Position numbers and translations under genes: made by a program
In this document: in pieces, positions 49,036-55,489 of the stretch
Layout: each line of letters begins with the position of its first letter
Numbering within the stretch: position 1 is the first letter of the stretch
The notes under the pieces: model-generated
Database searches by the model: none
What the model saw: the letters and a program-made list of their open reading frames with translations, nothing else
What the model was told of the DNA's origin: nothing
Virus record (IMG/VR): IMGVR_UViG_3300040801_000321
Span: 1 to 55,489 of that record
Length of the DNA stretch: 55,489 bases
DNA from: a virus
Strand: one strand, 5' to 3'

Positions 49036-49547
49036 ATCATACCAGCAGCCATTGCTTCGGTCTTGGCTTTGCTGCCGGCGCTGGAACCAAACCAGAAGTC
49101 CATGACCTTGATCACGCCTGCGGTCAAGACACCAACCAAGCCAGCCAGCAACTCACCAGCACCCTCAGGCGGCATCCAGTTCCCGGTAATCAGCTGCGCA
49201 AGAATCAGGAAATACCCGACCACAAACACAACCGACAAAGTAACCTGCGGCACCATTCCCTTCGCAATCGCCAGCGCCCGGGCATCTGCGCGGTCCTTCT
49301 GGTGCAGCTCTTCCTCGCGCAGCCCCAGCTCTTTCATTTTCAGCTTGAAGTCGTGCTCTGATTCTTTCACCTTCATGAGCAGATCCGGGTCACCGCCCAG
49401 CACAGCAGCTTCAACCTTGTCCGGGTCCAGCCCGATCTTCTCAGCCAGCACATTCAGTGCTAGGCCAGCAAACGGACCACCCAGTGCCGTCGCAATAGTC
49501 GGCGCGAGTTGCTTGATGACCCCTAATGCATTTTTGCTAAAGCTCAT
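49032..49547 (-). CDS. Holin (3-TM, gene-transfer-agent-type holin family)
   Basis: The N-terminus LAPTIATALGGPFAGLALNVLAEKIGLDPD is followed by a charged helix and C-terminal TM segments. There is a 4-nt overlap onto the endolysin start. Confidence 0.65.
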   Translation of the reverse strand: MSFSKNALGVIKQLAPTIATALGGPFAGLALNVLAEKIGLDPDKVEAAVLGGDPDLLMKVKESEHDFKLKMKELGLREEELHQKDRADARALAIAKGMVPQVTLSVVFVVGYFLILAQLITGNWMPPEGAGELLAGLVGVLTAGVIKVMDFWFGSSAGSKAKTEAMAAGMM

Positions 49548-49601
49548 CGCGTATCTCCCTTGAAGTTGGGGCTGGCGCTTTTACACGCCAGCCCCATATC
49601 A

Positions 49602-50519
49602 TCACGCACCGAAAGCGACAAACACGACAGTCGGGCCAGACGTATCCAGCTCAGCCGAGATGTCCACATCGATGTAGTTCGCAGAGCCAGTCAAGCTCCG
49701 GAACCGCAACGCGCCATACTTCATGCCGTCGCCACTCGTCATGGTGAGCCCGCTGGACTCAGCATTCGCAAACGAACGCTCCGCAGTACCACCACCACTC
49801 GTCCATGTGAAGTTGTTGGTCGCCTGTACTGAGTGATTGACCAGCTCCACAGAAGCGATGCCGCCGTTGTTCGCCCATGCCGAGAGAATCGCCAGCGTCA
49901 GCGACGTGTCAGTGAACACACTCCCGGTATACGGGTTGCTGTCGAGTGCGATGTAGTCTGCGCCGCTAGGTGCATCCCGCACATAGAACGTATCGCTGCT
50001 CTGCGTGTTCTGTGTGTTGGAATCTTCCAGATCAGCCTTGAAGTAATTGATCTGGCCACCCGCAGAACTGACAACCGGGGAAGTCCCGGCGTCTTGCGTG
50101 TATGCCCAGCCGACCTGATAGCTGATGTCGGTCTTGTTCCCGGCACCTGCGAACGGATCGTTCACAATCGTCAGCGTCGTGCCGCTCGCCACAGATGCGA
50201 TCAGGTAGATGCCGTCAGTGATACCGGCATGCGACAGGTAAATCGGATCACCAGCCGTCAGCCCAGTCGTGCTGCTGATGGTGAGGATGTCTGTGGTGTC
50301 GTTGTACGATCCCGCGACACCCGCAGTGACAACCGTCGCAGCAGGCGACAGGCTAGACTTTACGCTGTTCGTCCCGGGGAAGCCTGAACCCTGATCAACG
50401 AACACGTCATTGACCGTCGCCACGTCCAGCGTGGAGGCTGCGACTGCGAGCTTGATCCGGAGTCCGTCAAGAATAGGATCAGCTGCGCTGGCGCCAGCGC
50501 CATTAATCAAGATGCTCAT
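49602..50519 (-). CDS. Structural (fibre or side-fibre-like) protein
   Basis: 305 aa, rich in Ser/Thr/Gly/Ala with a beta-rich composition, in the distal tail module. Confidence 0.45.
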   Translation of the reverse strand: MSILINGAGASAADPILDGLRIKLAVAASTLDVATVNDVFVDQGSGFPGTNSVKSSLSPAATVVTAGVAGSYNDTTDILTISSTTGLTAGDPIYLSHAGITDGIYLIASVASGTTLTIVNDPFAGAGNKTDISYQVGWAYTQDAGTSPVVSSAGGQINYFKADLEDSNTQNTQSSDTFYVRDAPSGADYIALDSNPYTGSVFTDTSLTLAILSAWANNGGIASVELVNHSVQATNNFTWTSGGGTAERSFANAESSGLTMTSGDGMKYGALRFRSLTGSANYIDVDISAELDTSGPTVVFVAFGA

Positions 50520-50737
50520 GCCTCACCTCCCACTACCCAGTGCCCGTCCACGATGTGGTGGGTGTCCTTGAAATGCTGCTTTGCCTTCCCCATGAAATGG
50601 GCGAAGTCACTGCCGTCCGGTTTGGCCGCTGATTGTACTTCTGCGAGCATGCTGTTGATCTGATCGAGTGTCAGCTTCACGCCGTTGATGCTCCGGAGTC
50701 CACGCGGCACTTCATAGATCGTCTTGAAGTTAGCCAT
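50516..50737 (-). CDS. Hypothetical small protein
   Basis: 73-aa ORF with a 4-nt overlap onto the downstream gene. Confidence 0.5.
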   Translation of the reverse strand: MANFKTIYEVPRGLRSINGVKLTLDQINSMLAEVQSAAKPDGSDFAHFMGKAKQHFKDTHHIVDGHWVVGGEA

Positions 50738-50903
50738 GGTGTATTTTCCTCTTGCGCAAGAGATGTCGAATGGATTTGGCCATCTTTGTTACGTGATGGC
50801 CGCAGTATGGCGCGTATGGCTCTCCCTTACGCGGATCAATTGTGAACGTGTTACGGCACCCGGGGTAGCCACACGCCACCAGCTTCTCGCTTTCTCGCTT
50901 CAC
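50730..50903 (-). CDS. Unlisted 57-aa zinc-ribbon ORF
   Basis: Hand-translated as (V)KRESEKLVACGYPGCRNTFTIDPRKGEPYAPYCGHHVTKMAKSIRHLLRKRKIHHG. The GTG start overlaps the upstream TGA (GTGA), and the stop overlaps the next gene by 8 nt. It fills an otherwise 160-nt gap. Confidence 0.45.
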   Translation of the reverse strand: MKRESEKLVACGYPGCRNTFTIDPRKGEPYAPYCGHHVTKMAKSIRHLLRKRKIHHG

Positions 50904-51241
50904 GCGAATACACTCCCAATGTCACTCACAGCACCAGTCGTCACCAGAAACTCAATGTGCCGGGATGCTACGATTCCCCCAACCAATTTTACTACAACCT
51001 GAAGTATGTACATGCCTTCCTGAGTGAACAGCCCCTGCGGCACGACGATATTGACTGAGCCTGTCTCGATGTCAACCCGATCCCCGTTGGGAATGCTAGG
51101 CTGCGGGATGGGCGCGGTCCCGTCAGGCCGCAACCAAGCAGCCCTCACATCCGAGTCCAGCAGCCCAGTCATGTCGATGCCGGTGACCATGTTGAAATAG
51201 AAACCGTACTCACCGACATAGAAAACGTTCTCAATTCTCAT
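50900..51241 (-). CDS. Hypothetical structural-module protein
   Basis: 113-aa ORF with a 4-nt overlap onto the upstream gene. Confidence 0.5.
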   Translation of the reverse strand: MRIENVFYVGEYGFYFNMVTGIDMTGLLDSDVRAAWLRPDGTAPIPQPSIPNGDRVDIETGSVNIVVPQGLFTQEGMYILQVVVKLVGGIVASRHIEFLVTTGAVSDIGSVFA

Positions 51242-51720
51242 AGCTCAATTCCCCTGCGGCGAGCATTAACCCCAATGGCAAGATTCCTGCCGACATTAAT
51301 CTGAAACCCGAGACGCGCCACCACGCCGATGCCGACAACATAAGGATTCTCAGACGTCACCAGAGTCAGCATCAATGCCAGCACACGCTCATCCCCGAAA
51401 GGATTCAGCACGCTGTTGCTGATGGTATAGTTGCCGTATGGATCCCGACACCGGAACCGCAACTCATATGCTCCGTTCGGTAAAGTGCTGAGCGGAGAGT
51501 AGACGCCAGAGAACACATCATTGTCCACGCCCGGAGTATCCCCGGGAACCGGCAGCATGGAGACTTGGTAGTTGGTTTCTGTGCCGACATGGTATAGTGT
51601 GATGAAGCCATCGTTGCCGAAATAGTCCTCAAGATAGTCCGTGTCCAGAACGCCAAGTGGTTCGTCGCTCGTCAGCTTCAGCCACAGCTGCGTAAAGTTT
51701 CCCCGGGCGAATGTCGTCAT
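51238..51720 (-). CDS. Hypothetical structural-module protein
   Basis: 160-aa ORF with a 4-nt overlap onto the upstream gene. Confidence 0.5.
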   Translation of the reverse strand: MTTFARGNFTQLWLKLTSDEPLGVLDTDYLEDYFGNDGFITLYHVGTETNYQVSMLPVPGDTPGVDNDVFSGVYSPLSTLPNGAYELRFRCRDPYGNYTISNSVLNPFGDERVLALMLTLVTSENPYVVGIGVVARLGFQINVGRNLAIGVNARRRGIEL

Positions 51721-53555
51721 GCGCCGAATCCTCTAAATGTAATCACCATGCCTGCTGCTTCAGTTATGTTGGCGGTTGCGTATGGCGTTGCGAAGTCGCC
51801 CACATATAGCTTCACCACATCCCCATTCAGCAAATCGTTCGCAACAAACTCCAATGCTGCCTCGATTTCAGCCTCATCCGATCCAGCAAAGCTGATCGTG
51901 GGCGCGAGCAGGCTGGTGGGAACCTGATACTGATAGAGTGTTTCGCCGCTATATGCCGCGAAGTACAGGCCATAATCGTTCCAGATCGTGCAGTAACAAT
52001 CGTAGTCAGCAACATACAGCTGGAGTGATCCGACGTAGGTGCGAGAGCTGACGTCATAAGGCGTTGACAAGTCCCACTCATACAGATTGCGCGAGGATGT
52101 AATGATCAGCTTCGTTCCGTCGCTGTTAAATGACATGCTACCTTCATCAGTTCCAAGCTGCGCTGTGAGGTCGATAGCGCCATCATAAGACATCGACGAC
52201 AAACTGTAGGCAGTGCCGCCGCTGTAGAGATAGAGCCATCCAGCCTTCAGGAAGTACAGCTCAGTTCCGTCCGGACCCCACGCCATGGATATTGCAGAAC
52301 GGGAAAATGATGTTGAGAAGGCTGCTGTGCTGATGTCCCATGCAGTGCTCAGCGTGTACTCTTTGATGAGGTTGTTTGTTTGGTCAACGAAGAAACACTT
52401 GGTGCCGTCAGGCTTGAACGTAAGTGAGTGGGAAACGTATCCCGGATCATAGTATGAGACGTATGATTCTGTGCTCTCAATGTCCCACGCAGTAGCAAGG
52501 GTGTAATGAATCCACGGATTCCCGTCCCACGCTTTGTAATAGAGTCGCGTCCCATCAAGATAGAACGAAGCAAGATATGTGATTGCTTTTGTTTTGTATG
52601 GTGTCGCGTTCAGCGCACTGGCGGCTGCATCCCCTTCCATCACACCATCATTGTCAGTGATGAAAGTCCCTGTGCCGAGCTGCTGAGTGGTATCGTCGCC
52701 GTGCGTGAGATTGCTGCTGTCAAAATAACGGATGACGCTTGAGGCTGCACCAACTTCTGTCAGGCTCCCGGAATTCAGCTGGTACTTCAGCGCCACCTCA
52801 TAATTTGCCGATACACCATTCAGCTCTTCCAGCAGGAAACGCAGACGGGCTGCGACGTTGCCGCTGCTGATGTTGATGGATGCTGCGGCATTAAGGTCAG
52901 CCATCCATGTCGCAGTAGACTCGCTGCCGTCATCGTTTCGCCAGCGATACGCTTCCAGTGAAACATCTGCAGCCGACACGCTGACGGCAGGTGAATCCAG
53001 AACAGGGGCACCAGCAGTAATGCCGAGTGGAACAACCTCAACAGGTCCGCCAGTATACTCAATCGTCAGGCTGATGTTGTCAAGCGCAAATCCAGTTACA
53101 GCGCCGCCAGAGTTGCCATTGTCTAAGTATGTTGCGAGCCTTATCGTAACAGCAGTGCTCGCGCTGTCGGAAAGTCCTGTGAGCGTGTTTTCGTTTGAGA
53201 TCAGCCGCGACTCACCAAGATAGGTGAAGTAAGGTTGCGAGCTGATAAAGTTATGTTCTGTGCCGCTGTTTACGCTGAAGTTGTATGGGTAAATGTAATC
53301 GCCAGTATCCCAAGCGATGACCGTACCGTTGAAGCTCGCAGCGGAGACACCTGTTACTGTTGTCCCGGCAGGAACTCCCAACGCTTGCCAAGTCGTGTTG
53401 ATGTACCAGTATCCGCTGGACTCGAATTTGTTCCTGCCAGAGTTACTGATTTCAAGGCGTCCATTCGCCCACGAATAGACTCCGTTGCCGCCAGCTACAT
53501 AAGTCCAACCTTCAGCGCTGCTGGTGAAGGTGAATGTCTTAGTTACGCTGCTCAT
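51717..53555 (-). CDS. Receptor-binding or fibre protein with a C-terminal beta-propeller-like repeat domain
   Basis: 612 aa. Blades of about 45-50 aa recur in the pattern ...DGT(K/E)xxF......L.EY.LSTAWDIST... (TLATAWDIESTESY, YTLSTAWDISTAAF, WDLSTPYDVSSRTY). Confidence 0.55.
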   Translation of the reverse strand: MSSVTKTFTFTSSAEGWTYVAGGNGVYSWANGRLEISNSGRNKFESSGYWYINTTWQALGVPAGTTVTGVSAASFNGTVIAWDTGDYIYPYNFSVNSGTEHNFISSQPYFTYLGESRLISNENTLTGLSDSASTAVTIRLATYLDNGNSGGAVTGFALDNISLTIEYTGGPVEVVPLGITAGAPVLDSPAVSVSAADVSLEAYRWRNDDGSESTATWMADLNAAASINISSGNVAARLRFLLEELNGVSANYEVALKYQLNSGSLTEVGAASSVIRYFDSSNLTHGDDTTQQLGTGTFITDNDGVMEGDAAASALNATPYKTKAITYLASFYLDGTRLYYKAWDGNPWIHYTLATAWDIESTESYVSYYDPGYVSHSLTFKPDGTKCFFVDQTNNLIKEYTLSTAWDISTAAFSTSFSRSAISMAWGPDGTELYFLKAGWLYLYSGGTAYSLSSMSYDGAIDLTAQLGTDEGSMSFNSDGTKLIITSSRNLYEWDLSTPYDVSSRTYVGSLQLYVADYDCYCTIWNDYGLYFAAYSGETLYQYQVPTSLLAPTISFAGSDEAEIEAALEFVANDLLNGDVVKLYVGDFATPYATANITEAAGMVITFRGFGA

Positions 53556-53923
53556 GCTGGATCAGGAATGCCGATCTTGAAGGAAGGACTGGTCCACGTA
53601 CCAGAGCCGCTCAGACTGACGCCAGATTGCAAGCTCCCCGCCGCAAGCAAGCGAGAGTTTGTTGGGTCTGTAATTGCGTAGTATGACGCCGTGCCAGTTC
53701 CGGTAATAACACCATCTGTGACCGCAGGAATCGTAACCTCACGACCACCACCAGTGCGATCTGCTGGGGCAGGAATAGACAGGCCAGTCTTGTTGCCGAG
53801 TGTGTATGTGCTGGTTGCTGCTGCGTAGGTTGTCGGCAGCGAAGAGCACAAGTCCATTCGCGTTCCACGAACGTCTAGCTCATTCAGCCCGAAGTCAAAA
53901 AGATAATCCCCGAATGCAGCCAT
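53552..53923 (-). CDS. Hypothetical structural-module protein
   Basis: 123 aa with RBS GAGGUGA and a 4-nt overlap onto the downstream gene. Confidence 0.55.
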   Translation of the reverse strand: MAAFGDYLFDFGLNELDVRGTRMDLCSSLPTTYAAATSTYTLGNKTGLSIPAPADRTGGGREVTIPAVTDGVITGTGTASYYAITDPTNSRLLAAGSLQSGVSLSGSGTWTSPSFKIGIPDPA

Positions 53924-53926
53924 AAC

Positions 53927-54151
53927 TCACCTCAAATTGCGCGCTTTGTACGTCCACTCTTCTGCGCCGACTAGCTGCGGCCAGCAATCCAGCTCAAACC
54001 AATAAAATCGTGCAGGCCCGCCATTGTGAAAAGGCAAACTATGGACGCACTTGTTGGATGGAAGGGAATTATCCAGCACCAGTGGACGGCGCACCGACCC
54101 ACTTTGTGTTTTGTCTGGTAACCTCGTGCCCATCCTTCGGCCACCCCGCAC
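53927..54151 (-). CDS. Possible hypothetical protein
   Basis: 74-aa ORF filling the gap between 54161 and 53923. Its TGA lies inside the next gene's RBS. A competing frame (53971..54159) exists. Confidence 0.3.
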   Translation of the reverse strand: MRGGRRMGTRLPDKTQSGSVRRPLVLDNSLPSNKCVHSLPFHNGGPARFYWFELDCWPQLVGAEEWTYKARNLR

Positions 54152-54160
54152 AAATTCATT

Positions 54161-54553
54161 CTACTCTACAGCAGCTGCGAATTCAGCCAGCCCAGTCGGC
54201 GCGTCATAATCCAGTGTCGCAGAAGCAAACGCAGGCTCAGACACATTCCCGTCCGTATCCACAACAGTCCCGCGATAGAACCAGTCACCCGGGGCAACAT
54301 CTTCCACCAGCAACTCGGTTGCGGGCGCATCCACAATCGCAATCTCGGTCCACGGCAGATCTTCCGACACGCGTGCCTCGATCTGTACATGGGCAATCGG
54401 GCGCTGCCGGTTAGACGGCACAGGCAGCTTCCAAGTCAGTCTCACATTACTCATATCAAAGTCCTCAGCGATAAATCGTTTCAGCGATTTAGGTCCAGTC
54501 CACCACAGGGCGATCATAGCCCACAATTTGCGTAGTGCCTTTTTCATCCACAA
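54161..54553 (-). CDS. Fibronectin type III-like domain protein with an N-terminal hydrophobic anchor
   Basis: VRLTWKLPVP...IAHVQIEARV...WTEIAIVDAP...GDWFYRGTVVDTDGNVSEPA fits an FN3 strand pattern. The N-terminus is KKALRKLWAMIALWW. Confidence 0.55.
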   Translation of the reverse strand: MWMKKALRKLWAMIALWWTGPKSLKRFIAEDFDMSNVRLTWKLPVPSNRQRPIAHVQIEARVSEDLPWTEIAIVDAPATELLVEDVAPGDWFYRGTVVDTDGNVSEPAFASATLDYDAPTGLAEFAAAVE

Positions 54554-55146
54554 TCAGCAAGCGCAACTTCCGTTCGTACCGTACCAGCCCAGACAACAGC
54601 AGACTTCGGCACAACGTTGGCTTGGATGCCGTTGGAGTCGCGCACAAATTGGCTGGTGTCGCATTCCGTTCCCGGAGGAACAATTCCAACAGGCACCAAC
54701 GCAATACGATCAACTGTCCTTTCAAGCGTGTAAGCAACTCGCTCTTCGTCCAGCACAATCACATCGCCCGGGGGCAACGGTGGAGATTGGACGATTGTCT
54801 TGGAGACTTCGGCGCTGTATGCGCTCTCAAGCCCATCAGCATCAAACGCAGTGACTGCGAAGTAATGTGTGCCCGGGGGAAGTTCCAAGATGGTGTAGGT
54901 GAGAGTGCTTGGATCGTTGATCAAAGTCTCTGCGGTGTAATTGCGCGGCGCAGTTCCCCAGAGCACGCGATAGCCCGCGAGATTGTCAAGTGCAGATCCG
55001 TCAACACGCTGCGTCGGAGCAGACCATGAAACTTTTGCTTCGCCTGCTCTCGCCATCGCGGTCATCGAGATGACCATGAGCAGGATACAGATCACCCACA
55101 GCGCCATCCAAAATAATTCATCAAACAATTTCGAGTATTTCATCAC
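54544..55146 (-). CDS. Secreted or membrane-anchored fibronectin type III-like domain protein
   Basis: A signal-anchor (FWMALWVICILLMVISMTAMA) is followed by KVSWSAPTQRVDGSALDNLAGYRVLWGT...GTHYFAVTAFDADGLESAYSAEVS. Confidence 0.65.
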   Translation of the reverse strand: MMKYSKLFDELFWMALWVICILLMVISMTAMARAGEAKVSWSAPTQRVDGSALDNLAGYRVLWGTAPRNYTAETLINDPSTLTYTILELPPGTHYFAVTAFDADGLESAYSAEVSKTIVQSPPLPPGDVIVLDEERVAYTLERTVDRIALVPVGIVPPGTECDTSQFVRDSNGIQANVVPKSAVVWAGTVRTEVALADCG

Positions 55147-55150
55147 AGCC

Positions 55151-55441
55151 TCACTTCAGCAGGTGTGCTTCGTCTCTGTGTAGAGACTTTATCAGGACTT
55201 CCAGCTTCAGCAGTCGCTCATTTTGTCGCTCGCGAATCCCTTCACAGCGCTTCTCTTCAGCCTTCCACTCAGCCTCCAGATCATGGATTGTATTCTCCAG
55301 CTGTGCGACTCTAGACCTCATCGTGGACAGTGTGTCACTGACGTATGCTGCCGTGACAGAAAATCCAATCGTCATCATGACTGCGAATACCGCAGCTGGC
55401 AAACGAATGAATCCCTTGCCGTCATCATCTCCGTTTGCCAT
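55151..55441 (-). CDS. Membrane-anchored coiled-coil protein (i-spanin-like architecture)
   Basis: 96 aa with an N-terminal TM segment (AAVFAVMMTIGFSVTAAYV) and then a coiled coil (RVAQLENTIHDLEAEWKAEEKR...). The start codon lies inside the terminal repeat, equivalent to position 69 of the left copy. Confidence 0.5.
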   Translation of the reverse strand: MANGDDDGKGFIRLPAAVFAVMMTIGFSVTAAYVSDTLSTMRSRVAQLENTIHDLEAEWKAEEKRCEGIRERQNERLLKLEVLIKSLHRDEAHLLK

Positions 55442-55489
55442 CTTTTAGCCACCTCTCATCTTCAGTCAGTGGTGCGTCGGCAGCTTCCC
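55373..55489. repeat. Terminal direct repeat, right copy (identical to 1..117)
   Basis: Exact 117-nt identity with the start of the window. Confidence 0.95.

Noticed and set aside
1-55489. A search by eye for tRNA genes, integrase or repressor lysogeny genes, transposases and toxin-antitoxin pairs
   Set aside because: There is no GTTCGAATC-type T-loop with a matching acceptor stem in any intergenic region. There are no tyrosine or serine recombinase motifs and no IS-like inverted repeats. Absence judged by eye is weak evidence and should be confirmed with tRNAscan-SE and profile searches.

Overview
The window is a complete, circularly assembled tailed-phage genome. Bases 1-117 are identical to 55373-55489, so the unique length is about 55,372 bp. 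Every credible gene is on the minus strand; the long plus-strand ORFs look like shadow frames.

Reading along the minus strand, the modules are:
- 48156 to 41935: replication genes (SNF2 helicase, prim-pol, UvrD-like helicase).
- 41934 to 41298: a repeat-rich noncoding region.
- 41297 to 34366: a roughly 6-kb operon of small unknown genes ending in a DUF932 gene and a strong intrinsic terminator.
- 34243 to 25468: nucleotide and DNA metabolism (ThyX-like, FAD protein, DUF1599-like, SAM methyltransferase, DnaQ-like exonuclease, DnaE-like polymerase, nuclease).
- 25026 across the junction to 48592: a lambda-like siphovirus late operon (terminase, portal, MuF, scaffold, capsid, connectors, tail tube, G/G-T chaperones, tape measure, M/L/K-like proteins, a 2.9k-aa I-J fusion fibre, accessory fibres, holin, M15 endolysin).

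The main finding is that the small-gene operon is punctuated by 12 copies of a 63-80 nt element. On the transcribed strand each copy carries a full type II hammerhead ribozyme core (GAAAC, stem III, GUC cleavage triplet, stem I, CUGAUGA). Stems I and III and a loop I-to-leader pseudoknot covary between copies.

Other points of interest:
- (CCCCTA)n/(TAGGGG)n tracts at the three operon boundaries.
- CACGTG and TGAACAAT operator-like motifs.
- An iteron-like, highly structured noncoding region.
- A canonical A_AAA_AAC -1 frameshift site in the tail chaperone gene.
- A MuF-zincin fusion protein.

I found no tRNA, rRNA, CRISPR array, integrase or transposase. All functional calls rest on motifs I recognise by eye and on gene order; no searches were run.
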